Shown in pieces: positions 27,317 through 37,199 of a stretch of 64,000 nt of DNA; the stretch's first letter is position 1, and each line of letters begins with the position of its first letter. This stretch comes from a virus. The notes beneath the pieces are model-generated. The model had not been told where the DNA came from and did no database searches. It saw nothing but the letters and a program-made list of their open reading frames with translations. The stretch spans positions 32,001 to 96,000 of IMG/VR virus record IMGVR_UViG_3300028840_003924; one strand, written 5' to 3'. Both the position numbers and the translations under genes were made by a program.

Positions 27317-27909
27317 AGCGAAAATACTGTCCTGGTTGTTACCGATTCAAAGATATCGGTGACTTCTTTTCTCCGCTAACCACGGCAGAATGGAGCCATT
27401 GTATAGCTTGTCGTAACCGGGGAAAAGGCGGTGAACTTACTTTTGATAAGACAAAGCTCCCCTCAGCCGACAAGAAAATCATCGTGGTACGGAAGACTAG
27501 AAAGAAAAAAGGACCTTCCTTCTCCGAAGTTGACATCGAAGATGATTTGCGAGTTGACCCGAAAGCCACACACGAAGACCCGTTACTAGATGGCGAAAAG
27601 ATTGTGACATGGGAACGCCTCAGCCGCACAAAGAGAACCACCAAAACACTGAAAAACGTCCGTAAGAAAAGGCGTCGTCGACGCAAAAACAAGAACCCGC
27701 CCTGGCGCTATAGCCGTGATCCAGCATCTCGTTACGAAGAACTATTAAGGCTGGAATATGAAAACCTCTGGCGTCAAGGGCGAGACGAGTGCATCCCCCT
27801 CCCCCTCGTAGATCAACGAAGCTGGATGGCCTTCTGGGTAACACATAGCCAAACAGATGTTGCTAAGAAAAACTTGGCTAAAGAAAGAGAACGCCGGGCC
27901 AGCCGCTAA
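27133..27909 (+). CDS. Basic hypothetical protein with CxxC/CxxC finger (start uncertain)
   Basis: KYCPGC...F...HCIAC and K/R runs. The N-terminal part overlaps the upstream gene. Confidence 0.55.
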   Translation: MADSNGQRQRGPFHVAKSVWDVMRSIAVDIFAPIDLASYEHRPDHHCNNSNLSALLPRTGVERKYCPGCYRFKDIGDFFSPLTTAEWSHCIACRNRGKGGELTFDKTKLPSADKKIIVVRKTRKKKGPSFSEVDIEDDLRVDPKATHEDPLLDGEKIVTWERLSRTKRTTKTLKNVRKKRRRRRKNKNPPWRYSRDPASRYEELLRLEYENLWRQGRDECIPLPLVDQRSWMAFWVTHSQTDVAKKNLAKERERRASR

Positions 27910-27916
27910 ACAACAC

Positions 27917-27944
27917 CACCCCCGGCGTGCGCACGCCGGGGGTG
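27917..27944. terminator. Perfect 28-bp palindrome between convergent genes
   Basis: CACCCCCGGCGTGC|GCACGCCGGGGGTG. Confidence 0.7.
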
Positions 27945-27975
27945 ACATTCAACCTTAGAAAAGGAGGAAAGGTGT

Positions 27976-28566
27976 TTAGTCCTCGGACTGAATCTGGATC
28001 GCAAACAGAACCTGAATAGTCGCATCAACCGCACCACTTTCGTTGTTGCAGAACGCAAGTGATGTGATCGGAAGATCGCTATTGTCAAAGGTCTGTGAAC
28101 CTGCGGCTATGTCGAGGTCAGCTTGGCTGTCGCCATTGAGTCGAACCTTGACATCCTGGTCAGTTACGATTTGCGTGAACAATGCCACTCCACCGTAGTC
28201 ACCAAGAACGTCAATCTGGTTGGCTTCAACAGCCCAACATGTGCCAGCGGCAACGACGAGGTCAACAACTCGTGGAAACTTGTTGACTGCCGGATTCGTG
28301 TCACTCCACGGTGAGCCGTCATCACTCACAATGTGAATGAAGGCAGTCTCATCATCGGCCCAACTTCCACCCTCAGAAACTGGTGCATAGCGCTTCCAAT
28401 AGTTGGTGCTATCGAACTCTTCGCCATCATACAGCTTACGGAAAGTGAGATTCGGACCCGTGACCCACATTGTCTTCTGGATAGACTCACCACTTACGGT
28501 TGCCGTATCCTCAACAATGCCAGCGCCTCGGTTACTGGGGACCAGTCGTACTTGAAATGTACTCAT
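27976..28566 (-). CDS. Probable virion structural protein
   Basis: Acidic and beta-rich. AGGAG RBS. GATAAATA upstream. Confidence 0.55.
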   Translation of the reverse strand: MSTFQVRLVPSNRGAGIVEDTATVSGESIQKTMWVTGPNLTFRKLYDGEEFDSTNYWKRYAPVSEGGSWADDETAFIHIVSDDGSPWSDTNPAVNKFPRVVDLVVAAGTCWAVEANQIDVLGDYGGVALFTQIVTDQDVKVRLNGDSQADLDIAAGSQTFDNSDLPITSLAFCNNESGAVDATIQVLFAIQIQSED

Positions 28567-28646
28567 TGGTATCTCCTGTTAATCTTATTTGAACGTGTGA
28601 TGTCCCTAAGTCTTCATCCTTATTTATCCCGCAAGGACTGTTTTTG

Positions 28647-29270
28647 CTATATTCTCAGGATTTCACCCTTGGGAAAGAGGCCCTCATACAGCTTGGTCCC
28701 GACACCAGTCGGGACCAAGCTGGTGCGTTTCCCCTGCACCGCAGCCTCAAACAAAGAGATGTTCTCGACCCCTATCACCCACCCAGCTTGCTTTGTTGTA
28801 TTGTGATCCGTGGTAACTCGCACATGGTATCCTTGAAACTGGGCCATTTCTGTGCATGCCTCGATCTGCTGGGCTGTCATTCGCTTAGTAGGAAGCGAGC
28901 CCTCGGGATTGATGTAACATAAGCGGCAATCGGTTGTAACATGATTACATAAGGTGGGAATTGGTAAGTCGGATTCCGTGAAGAGTTCATAGATGGGATG
29001 TGGGCCCTTCATCTTCCCCCGAATCTCTCGAATGTATCCAAACTCAGCATGTCGTTTCTTTAACACCGATCTCGAAAGAGTTTTGCGATCTCCATCGAGT
29101 AAATACATGAAGTCATCTCGACAGGCGAGATGAATATCTAAGTCTGGAAACTGTTGCGTAAGAACAGGCCGCACGAGCTTCAAGAGGAAGACATACTCTT
29201 CACAATGGCCCGCATACATAATGCAATAGCGATCCTTAATCTTGGCGTAATAGGGAAGTGAAATACTCAT
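28647..29270 (-). CDS. Degenerate GT9/GT-B-like protein
   Basis: LTQQFPDLDIHLAC and WVIGVENISLFEAA..GK.T.LV echo GT9 segments. Confidence 0.45.
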   Translation of the reverse strand: MSISLPYYAKIKDRYCIMYAGHCEEYVFLLKLVRPVLTQQFPDLDIHLACRDDFMYLLDGDRKTLSRSVLKKRHAEFGYIREIRGKMKGPHPIYELFTESDLPIPTLCNHVTTDCRLCYINPEGSLPTKRMTAQQIEACTEMAQFQGYHVRVTTDHNTTKQAGWVIGVENISLFEAAVQGKRTSLVPTGVGTKLYEGLFPKGEILRI

Positions 29271-29288
29271 ATAGTAAGGTAGTATGAC

Positions 29289-29522
29289 ATGAAGCTATCA
29301 CAGCAAAAGGAAACTGAAGAGGTCCACGCAGCATTCAAAGTTTTCTTAGATCAGCTAGGACCAAATAGTGTCTACAAAGAGGCGCTTCTTGACGTGCTAT
29401 TGGAGATAATCTATGAAAAAGAACCAGGAGACAATCTTCATTTATCTGGTGAAGAGGAACAAAAAGGGGCTAAGACTCCTCTGCAAGGCGGGACGAGGGA
29501 AGTGTCTCCCAACAAGACTTGA
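29289..29522 (+). CDS. Hypothetical protein
   Basis: 77-aa ORF overlapping the next gene by 110 nt. Confidence 0.5.
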   Translation: MKLSQQKETEEVHAAFKVFLDQLGPNSVYKEALLDVLLEIIYEKEPGDNLHLSGEEEQKGAKTPLQGGTREVSPNKT

Positions 29523-29793
29523 GGATGTTGACAGGCTTCAAATAAGTTACGATATCACAGCTAAGCTCAAAAGTTCCATCCATAACAATCGCATCGATTG
29601 GGAACCTTGGATCGAGAGTGCTAACTCATTCGCAGAATTAGCGAGTAAGCTGAAAAAGCGGGGTTACACACGTTTGCCTATGGCCGATAAATGCGAAATA
29701 TCATCGCCTAAGCAACCGGTTTCAGAAGCCGCAATTCGATTGCTACCCAATCAAACCACTATGGTTAGAAGGCGAAGCCGACAATCAAGATGA
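29413..29793 (+). CDS. Hypothetical protein
   Basis: GGAG RBS. 126 aa. Confidence 0.65.
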   Translation: MKKNQETIFIYLVKRNKKGLRLLCKAGRGKCLPTRLEDVDRLQISYDITAKLKSSIHNNRIDWEPWIESANSFAELASKLKKRGYTRLPMADKCEISSPKQPVSEAAIRLLPNQTTMVRRRSRQSR

Positions 29794-30132
29794 TGGCTTC
29801 GTGTAAATCTTAGGAAGAGCAAAAGTCGCCCCCGACCTTAACTCAATAATCAGAGCAAGGTCTGCCACATCTTTCACTAGGCCACCACGCTCTTTGAAGA
29901 CACGAGCACGTTTCTCGACTATGTCTGGGGTCAACTCGGGATTGTGAGATGTGATTTGGCTTTGCAGTCGTACTAAACCTAGTCGAGACTCGACCATGTT
30001 ACCAATAAGGTCAGACAGGACGTTGCTTTTCTTCGCATCGTCAAATGAACAGCTAAATTCGGGTTGTTTGGCCAACCAAGATTTGAACTCGAAAATCGAA
30101 AAACTAGGGTCCTTGCTAGGTCTGTTCATCAA
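29785..30132 (-). CDS. Hypothetical protein with near-N-terminal EFKSWL motif
   Basis: 115-aa ORF. Confidence 0.6.
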   Translation of the reverse strand: MMNRPSKDPSFSIFEFKSWLAKQPEFSCSFDDAKKSNVLSDLIGNMVESRLGLVRLQSQITSHNPELTPDIVEKRARVFKERGGLVKDVADLALIIELRSGATFALPKIYTKPSS

Positions 30133-30982
30133 AAAACTCCAAAAGACTATCCGCTTCTATATAGGGTGCGTTGTCATAATTCGGGCCACTTGAGTGATCG
30201 GCAATTTTGATATCCAGGTCTTCTTGATCCTTCAACCAGTGGAATAAGCCACCAATCACCTCGTGCGTAACAGCATGTTGCGGATACATCCAGAGATTAT
30301 TTGGTAAGCTAACCGCTGCTGGACGCTCGTCTCGAAATGCATCATCGCAGCAAAATAGCGCCAGTCGCCTGACTTTACACCTTCGAGCCAAGCAAATAGC
30401 TCCGCATATTGGATTTCGATAATCGTCAAGTAGATGTGATATACCCATTTTCGTCCCAAATGCTTTATTCCCCGTGGGAACATAGTAAAAGCATGTGCCC
30501 TTGTACCGTTTGATGAACTTGGGATAAGTTCTTACGGAGCAAACACATCGGGGCCTATAAGTGTGTAAGGGGAGATAAGACATGCATTGCTGATAGGGGT
30601 TGTTGACGAAGTAGAAATCCATCCGGCGCTTTACTATACCTTCACTATCGACGTGCCACTTTGCCAAACTTCGGTTCGTACCAATAATGCACACATCTGC
30701 TGGTAGCTTGTGCAACAAGTCTCTCTCTTCATTGAACCGATAACCGTCTGAGACAATCAAAACTTTGGACAACGTAGGCAGAAACTCTGAACCAATTTCT
30801 GGAATGTGCTGACTACGGATGTCAATCTCATTCTCCATCAGAAACTTATATTCAGACCGATCTATGAATCGATTTAGATCAACCGGCGAACACTTCTGGT
30901 TGAAATCACGTACCCATAAACCGCTCTTCGTGAGAAGGTAGTTGTTACGATTACGATGTCTCTTAATGAGAAGCTTTGACAT
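30116..30982 (-). CDS. Maf/MptE(DUF115)-like glycosyltransferase-related protein
   Basis: VLIVSDGY, IIGTN, DFYF, AICLA...K.RRLALFCCD resemble the Maf/GT29-like Rossmann pattern. Confidence 0.45.
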   Translation of the reverse strand: MSKLLIKRHRNRNNYLLTKSGLWVRDFNQKCSPVDLNRFIDRSEYKFLMENEIDIRSQHIPEIGSEFLPTLSKVLIVSDGYRFNEERDLLHKLPADVCIIGTNRSLAKWHVDSEGIVKRRMDFYFVNNPYQQCMSYLPLHTYRPRCVCSVRTYPKFIKRYKGTCFYYVPTGNKAFGTKMGISHLLDDYRNPICGAICLARRCKVRRLALFCCDDAFRDERPAAVSLPNNLWMYPQHAVTHEVIGGLFHWLKDQEDLDIKIADHSSGPNYDNAPYIEADSLLEFFDEQT

Positions 30983-31008
30983 GATCTAACTTAGTAACCA
31001 AGAGGTAA

Positions 31009-33339
31009 TTAGGGTTTGCAGGGCACCAAAGCGAAGCAGTATTGGCCATCTTCCCCTTCACTCATTAGTTTACTGGTATCCAACTGTATTTTGACTTCAG
31101 CAGGCTCGACAACGAAGGTGAGGTCTTCCGGGTTCTCTACCCGAAGTGGGATATGGTCAGGTATACCCTCAACACTAATTGTGCTCACCATTCCTTCCAC
31201 CTCAATGACGGATGGAATGTCATGCTCAACTTGGATCACGGTCGGCACATTTGCCGCATCGATACTAAGAATACGAGGAGCATCGCCCCATTCCACTGGC
31301 AGATTATTGGGTAGCGAACTGGCGTCAACCTGTATCATTGGCCATTCGGATGGCACCTGGACTTGGATTTCAGACGGCATCCTTTCGACGCCCCGCACGT
31401 CAATGATACTCGGAATGGTGGGGCTGTCCAAAGTGATCTTTGTAGGCAAATCATGTTCAAGCTGTACAGGCGAGATTTTGGGGACCTCAAGTTGAATCCT
31501 TGACGGAATACCTGTTATATCGTAATCGACTCCGACACCCGGCTGGGCTAGGGCAATGTCTTCGTCAAAGTCATAATAACCATCTTCCACAAGCTTACGC
31601 ATAAAGGGCTGCATCGCTGCGCCGCCGCCACCTGTTGCACTGGAGCACTGGCATGTCACCTCGCAACTGATGATCGGGGGGCTACCCCATTCTATCGAAA
31701 TAGCCGATGGGAAATCGCAACACCCCTCTATACTGATTACAGACGGTAGATCACAACCCACCAAACTGATGACATCAGGTAAATTATCTTGCACGATAAT
31801 CGGATTGGGAATGTTGTCATTAACACTAAGTGTGTAAGACAACCCATCTTTTACACTGATTGTGTAGCTCAAGCCACTATAGACACTGATCGTCCCCTTC
31901 CCCGAGACCAGCCCCGAAACCTGGACCACACTGGGTATTCCATCCAAGACGGAAATTGTGTAAGACAAGCCATCTTTCACAGAGATGGTCGTTGGGATAT
32001 CATGACTGACGCTAACAGTAACGTCAACGTCAACGCTTACACTAACTTCAGCCGAGATGGTGGATGGAATACTGTCAACGACACTGATCACTGATGGCAA
32101 GTTGTCAACCACCCTGATTTCGGAGGGGATATTTACGCTCCCAAAGGCGATCTCCGAGGGGATATCCACAGGCCCAAAACTGATTACAGACGGTATATCA
32201 ACGGGGCCAAAACTGATAATGGACGGTATGTCAACGGGCCCAAAACTGATTACAGACGGTATATCGAGCGATGGTACGAAACTGATCACAGAGGGAATAT
32301 CCAGAGGCGGCACTATGCTGATTACACTGGGGATGTCGCCTATGAGCGAAATCGTAGTTGGTATCTCAGGTGTAATGCTGATAACCGATGGAATCGGCGG
32401 AATAATACTGATGACGCTAGGTACGTTAATGTCAATGTTGAAGCTCGGTATTGACACTCCAAAACCGCCTTCGATTTCAATCGGAGGCAAAACAATGGGC
32501 GGAAGTGGTGGTGGCTCCGGAATGCTTACCGGTGGTAAATCAAATGGAGGAATGTCGATAGATGGAATCGGAATAATGACATTCTCGTCCGGTGGTGGTA
32601 CTTCGGGTTCTAACTCTTCCGTCCGCTGCGCAGCACTCTGAACGATTTCACATGTCGGCGTCTTGACCGTTATAATAGGATCAACACTATTGAATGTCTC
32701 GCCCGTAGGGTACAACTTCTGCCCGTCAGCGGCAGTTGATGTTGTGGTCCCGTCTCCAAAGTCAATGCGAAATTCCGAGAACTCACCATCAACATTCACT
32801 TGATACTCAATGAGGACGCCTTCGCAGGTGTCTACCGATACTACTTGGTAGGCAAACTGAATCTCGGGGCAACCACCATCATCAGGGCAGTCATCAACAT
32901 CCAACTCATCCAAACAACAAATCAGGTTGTCTTCTTCATCACAAACACCACCAAGATATTCCTCCACCTGGATGATCCCCAACGCCAGTTGGTTGTGATG
33001 CTCAGCAATTACATAACTTCGGATATCCGTGTTCTCTATGTTGAATATGGTTTCGTCACCACCAAGATTCCTAACGCAATCCTTGAGAGTGATAACCTTC
33101 CCATATGCATTCTTCTCAACAGAGTCGTAATACAGAAGTTCGCCAGAAATGTTCGCAAAGCCATTGTCTCCCCAAATATCCTCCTGGTCAGAGCGTACCG
33201 GACGTATTGAAATCTCACCAGCCCACGGCTGGTTATCAGCAGTGATTACCGTCTCCGTCGTGTTGTACACGAGGAAGAGCGTGTAGTCGCTGTCGAGTGC
33301 GTCCGGATAAACAGGGACTGGAGGGAAATTAACTGGCAT
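31009..33339 (-). CDS. Fibre-like structural protein with IPSVIS repeats and a PKD-like domain
   Basis: Shared N-module (YPDALD...AEHHN), IDFGDG, and many 10-12-aa (D/N)IP(S/T)xI(S/x)x repeats. Confidence 0.7.
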   Translation of the reverse strand: MPVNFPPVPVYPDALDSDYTLFLVYNTTETVITADNQPWAGEISIRPVRSDQEDIWGDNGFANISGELLYYDSVEKNAYGKVITLKDCVRNLGGDETIFNIENTDIRSYVIAEHHNQLALGIIQVEEYLGGVCDEEDNLICCLDELDVDDCPDDGGCPEIQFAYQVVSVDTCEGVLIEYQVNVDGEFSEFRIDFGDGTTTSTAADGQKLYPTGETFNSVDPIITVKTPTCEIVQSAAQRTEELEPEVPPPDENVIIPIPSIDIPPFDLPPVSIPEPPPLPPIVLPPIEIEGGFGVSIPSFNIDINVPSVISIIPPIPSVISITPEIPTTISLIGDIPSVISIVPPLDIPSVISFVPSLDIPSVISFGPVDIPSIISFGPVDIPSVISFGPVDIPSEIAFGSVNIPSEIRVVDNLPSVISVVDSIPSTISAEVSVSVDVDVTVSVSHDIPTTISVKDGLSYTISVLDGIPSVVQVSGLVSGKGTISVYSGLSYTISVKDGLSYTLSVNDNIPNPIIVQDNLPDVISLVGCDLPSVISIEGCCDFPSAISIEWGSPPIISCEVTCQCSSATGGGGAAMQPFMRKLVEDGYYDFDEDIALAQPGVGVDYDITGIPSRIQLEVPKISPVQLEHDLPTKITLDSPTIPSIIDVRGVERMPSEIQVQVPSEWPMIQVDASSLPNNLPVEWGDAPRILSIDAANVPTVIQVEHDIPSVIEVEGMVSTISVEGIPDHIPLRVENPEDLTFVVEPAEVKIQLDTSKLMSEGEDGQYCFALVPCKP
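31720..32430 (-). repeat. Coding tandem repeats (30-36 nt)
   Basis: GPVDIPS(I/V)ISF 33-nt units near 32130-32300 and TISVKDGLSY 30-nt units near 31820-31990. Boundaries approximate. Confidence 0.8.
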
Positions 33340-33370
33340 TTTGCTCCTACTATCTCAACCCGTATGTATG

Positions 33371-35527
33371 CTAAAACACAGTCATAATAAACTGTTCGTT
33401 GCTCGTTGGCCTGCTCCCTAATGAACTAAAGGTCAAGTCAATTTCGTTGAACTTAATGAAGGCATTTGCGCTGTAGTCGTAAGACAAGTACGCTCGACGG
33501 TCTCCATCCGAAGCGGCCCGTAGTGTTTGCGAAGTATCAGCATAGCCATCAATGTTCGCATCCTGTAGTGAACGGAATGAAGCCGCTCCGACACCCGGCC
33601 CCCCTGATGTCCAAACATTCGTGTTGGGGTCATACGCCGAAACCTCACCCGAATTGTTGAATACATACACACCGCCCGAGAGAGGCACCATCTCCATCTC
33701 TGTTCGTGCCGTCCCAGCGATATCGAGTAACTTGCGAACATCCGTGGCCACGTCAGATAGCGTACCTTCTGTCCTGTAGAAGTTCCTAATTCTGAAGAAG
33801 CCGCCAGGACCAGCATCGTTACGAGCGAAGAAACCATTTTCGCCTTGGAAACAACCACGGTACGTCGCAGGTGCCGAATCGGCATACGTCAATAATTCGT
33901 CTGCCCCGTTTATGAAGTTCGAGGCATCATAAGTTGACGTAGTCGTTGTCAGGGTGCTGAGGTTGTGTCGGAATCGCTCCAAGCTAATGTCCGTTGGCGA
34001 ACCCGTAATCGTATCGTGCCCGAAGATAATGTAGATGGCGTCCGGACTACTGAAAGTAAACCAGTTCCAGAACTTCGTCTGCGTCTCCCCGATAGCCAAC
34101 CCAGCGGATGACCACGTTTCGTTGAATGGCTCGAACTGTTTGTAGCGTATAGTTGAGGAGTCTTCAGCCCAGGATAGAATTGCTTGGCCCCTATCTCCCG
34201 AGGCCGTCAAACCCTTCGGAGCCAACCCAGCATTGCGTAAGAAGATATCCCGTTGGTACGTTTGGTTGGGGTAACCCGACATGAACGAGTAGTCCCTTGT
34301 GACGCTAAGCTCTGGCATCACCTCAGATTTGAACGTTTCGCTCGTCAACCCGAACTCGTAAGTCCGAAGGTTCTTCGTGATCGACAATGTTCCCTTCGGT
34401 GAATCAAAAGCTAGGAGCCACAAATTTGTCTGCTCGACTACGTTTACGGCATCCTCCAGCGTAGTAATTCGGTAGGCACCTAACTCCGTATCCACCCTCA
34501 AAACAACATCATAGATACCCCCGACAGAATATAAGGCGGTCGTGAGTGGTGCGCTTTGGTGGGTTAGGTCATCGTTCAATATCCAGGTGTATTCCACAAC
34601 TGGGTCTTCCGTTTGTTCGCCATTATCGGTAGCTTCGATGTTAACCACAGTGTCCGTGCGAACCTTCGTCGGAGCTACGAGGAAACTGGCTTCATCAGGC
34701 GCAGGCGCTCTAGCTGTAAAGAACTCGGGGAGTGTCACCGTATCTCGACCGAATGGGTTTCCAACGGTCAATGTCACGTCATACTTACCCGGTGTGAAAT
34801 AGGTGTGCGTGGCCCGTCGATCATCCTCTGATGGGTCTTGAAGTGTGGCACAAGGCACAGCGCCGACAGCAATCGGCGTTAAAGTGGGTGTCGGCGATGT
34901 AGATACCGATATTCCCGATATTGAAGGACCAGAGATCACACCACCGCCGTCCCCAAAGTCCCACACCCAGGATGTTGGGTAGCGAAAGCTTACATCTGTG
35001 AAGTTGACGGTCGCTGGCACAATACCGATTGTCTTATCGGCTGTGAACCACGCCCGTGGTGTTAACACTAACCGCCTAAGGAAGTTCAACCGCCCGGTAA
35101 GAGTGTCGCCGTATGGCAATACATCAATTTGGCCCTTCACGCCAACAAACTCTTCAATAGCAATGAGGGCGTCTTTGATGGAATTGTGGTGGTCTGCGTA
35201 GACATTCATCGTCACATTTGTGAAACCTTTGAGCTTCGTCACGTCCTCAAAATTTGGCATGATTTCAAGGCTGTCGAAAGTGGTATCCGTATGTGAGCCG
35301 TAATAGAAGGACGTTCCCCTTACCTCCGGTTCGTTACACTGTTCGGTTAGGGTAATGATGCCGGTAGGCGGGAATCTATCCATAACGCCCGGATCAGCGG
35401 AAACGGTAATAGATGTGTCACCAGGGTTGTAGTCCTCTATGAGAACTGCTCGTAGAGAATCATGAACGACAAACAGATTGTCGTCAGTATCGAGTACTTC
35501 GGGATATGTCGTACCTGAGGGAATCAT
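33371..35527 (-). CDS. PKD-domain tail/fibre protein
   Basis: Shared N-module, VNFTDVS...WVWDFGDG...THTY..PG.YDVTLTV, propeller-like C-terminus. Confidence 0.75.
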   Translation of the reverse strand: MIPSGTTYPEVLDTDDNLFVVHDSLRAVLIEDYNPGDTSITVSADPGVMDRFPPTGIITLTEQCNEPEVRGTSFYYGSHTDTTFDSLEIMPNFEDVTKLKGFTNVTMNVYADHHNSIKDALIAIEEFVGVKGQIDVLPYGDTLTGRLNFLRRLVLTPRAWFTADKTIGIVPATVNFTDVSFRYPTSWVWDFGDGGGVISGPSISGISVSTSPTPTLTPIAVGAVPCATLQDPSEDDRRATHTYFTPGKYDVTLTVGNPFGRDTVTLPEFFTARAPAPDEASFLVAPTKVRTDTVVNIEATDNGEQTEDPVVEYTWILNDDLTHQSAPLTTALYSVGGIYDVVLRVDTELGAYRITTLEDAVNVVEQTNLWLLAFDSPKGTLSITKNLRTYEFGLTSETFKSEVMPELSVTRDYSFMSGYPNQTYQRDIFLRNAGLAPKGLTASGDRGQAILSWAEDSSTIRYKQFEPFNETWSSAGLAIGETQTKFWNWFTFSSPDAIYIIFGHDTITGSPTDISLERFRHNLSTLTTTTSTYDASNFINGADELLTYADSAPATYRGCFQGENGFFARNDAGPGGFFRIRNFYRTEGTLSDVATDVRKLLDIAGTARTEMEMVPLSGGVYVFNNSGEVSAYDPNTNVWTSGGPGVGAASFRSLQDANIDGYADTSQTLRAASDGDRRAYLSYDYSANAFIKFNEIDLTFSSLGSRPTSNEQFIMTVF

Positions 35528-36492
35528 TAAGTCACCACAATTTCATAGTCCACCGTTACCAACTGAATACTCTGATCGGCAAAAACCACAAGCACGCTGG
35601 GTTTGTAGGCACCTGCGGCAGAATACGTGTGTGTCGTTGAGTGGATGTTTGGATTCTCGAAAGTCTCTTGATTGCCATCGCCAAAGTTCCAGTGACGCAC
35701 GATAATGTCTCCATCCGTTTGGTCGACAAAATTGAATACTGTTGAAGTAGTGCCCATTTCGGGCGTTACGTAGAAAAAGCCAGGGGTCTTCGTGTTATCG
35801 ATTTGGATATAGTCCAATTTGTTGGTAACGCACTGTCCGCCTAATGAAGTTACAATGCGAAGCTGAACGCTAAAGTTCCCTTCGGAATTGTATGTATGTG
35901 TCGGGTTCCTTTCCGTCGACGTGCCGCCATCACCAAAGTCCCAAAGGTAACGAATCGCATCGGTGGTCGAAAAGTTCTGAAAGCGGACCTTCATCGGACT
36001 CGACCCCCGTCGAGGCCAAGCTCGGAAAAGGGCTCGGGGAGAAAGGAATTTTGCCTCCAAAGTGGTCAGCCGATGGTTATATGAACCCTCAGCAGGGTCG
36101 TCACTTGTTCCCAAGTAGTTCTCAATGTTCAGAATGGCATCCTTGATAGCGTTATGATGCTCAGCCATCACGGCGTTACCAACAGACGTACCAATGGACC
36201 AACTGTTCTGTCTGGACCCCGCAAAGCCTCGCTTCAAGTCTTTGAAGACCCCAGTAGTCTTCTCTCCATAGTACATAAGCTCGTCACCCACCCGTAACAA
36301 ACCCTTGTCAGGAAACTTACTCGTGTCACCAACTACCAAGTAACTCCCATTGTACGTTAAGCTTTGCGTCAGTTCGGTCTCAGCATTATTACGAACCGCA
36401 TATAACTCATCGGTGCTGTCGATTGCTTCTGGAAAGACGGATAAATCGCCCGTTACATACCCATCATCCAAGCTGCTCAGTCTGTCGGCCAT
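35527..36492 (-). CDS. Two-PKD-domain tail/fibre protein
   Basis: Shared N-module. YLWDFGDG...NPTHTY and HWNFGDG...THTY. Confidence 0.8.
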   Translation of the reverse strand: MADRLSSLDDGYVTGDLSVFPEAIDSTDELYAVRNNAETELTQSLTYNGSYLVVGDTSKFPDKGLLRVGDELMYYGEKTTGVFKDLKRGFAGSRQNSWSIGTSVGNAVMAEHHNAIKDAILNIENYLGTSDDPAEGSYNHRLTTLEAKFLSPRALFRAWPRRGSSPMKVRFQNFSTTDAIRYLWDFGDGGTSTERNPTHTYNSEGNFSVQLRIVTSLGGQCVTNKLDYIQIDNTKTPGFFYVTPEMGTTSTVFNFVDQTDGDIIVRHWNFGDGNQETFENPNIHSTTHTYSAAGAYKPSVLVVFADQSIQLVTVDYEIVVT

Positions 36493-37150
36493 CTTCAATT
36501 TCTCCCTGTGTATCTACGTCCGCCTCGGTGTTTTCCCGATTACCAAGTGCTTCTTGGCGGTGTTTGATCAGTTGTCGGATGGTGTCTTTGACCGGGAGCC
36601 CCTCTGGCATGGCATAGATACTCTTGAGGACCTCTGGTTCTGGCGGATTACCTAACAGAAGGCGGGTCTCGATCTCCTGCGTCAGTCGGGCATTCCAATA
36701 CTCACCCTGCACTTCCAAAGAATCCCAGTCTTTCGGCTCCTCGATCTCACATAGTTTCTCAAAGAGGCCGATAAGGAAGTTCGCCTCCTCCTCTTTCCCA
36801 CGAAGCTTCTGTTTGAAGTCCTCGATCTGGTAGTCGATAACCTTCATCTTGCGTCGAGCATTCCGAATATTGATCTGCTCGACCTCATTCAACTGATCTG
36901 GATGCCGGTTCTGCTTGATCTCCTCGATCCGCAACTCTTCGATACGGTAGTTGTCGTAAGATTCTTCAATCATCGTTAGAAACGATTCAATCTCATCTTT
37001 CCTTACAATCAACTCATTCTTACAAGCCTGCATTTTCGACTGCACGGTTGGTTCTTTTCCAATCACGAAGTATTGAAGTTGAAAGAAGCTATGACGCTGA
37101 CGACGACCCTCCGGGGCTAGCTCGTCGATTTTCTTGGACAATTCATTCAT
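36464..37150 (-). CDS. Coiled-coil protein, possible fibre chaperone
   Basis: AGGAG RBS. Heptad-rich. Heads the fibre operon. Confidence 0.55.
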   Translation of the reverse strand: MNELSKKIDELAPEGRRQRHSFFQLQYFVIGKEPTVQSKMQACKNELIVRKDEIESFLTMIEESYDNYRIEELRIEEIKQNRHPDQLNEVEQINIRNARRKMKVIDYQIEDFKQKLRGKEEEANFLIGLFEKLCEIEEPKDWDSLEVQGEYWNARLTQEIETRLLLGNPPEPEVLKSIYAMPEGLPVKDTIRQLIKHRQEALGNRENTEADVDTQGEIEDGRQTEQLG

Positions 37151-37174
37151 GTTTACTCCTTGTTATGCCGATAT
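37147..37174 (+). promoter_or_regulatory. Sigma28-like promoter
   Basis: TCATG-N15-GCCGATAT before the HNH gene. Confidence 0.6.
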
Positions 37175-37199
37175 ACCTATTAGAGGAACTAGTGACAAA

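Noticed and set aside
32130-32300. 33-nt tandem repeats as a CRISPR array
   Set aside because: No unique spacers. The units are in-frame, vary at synonymous positions and encode GPVDIPSVISF.
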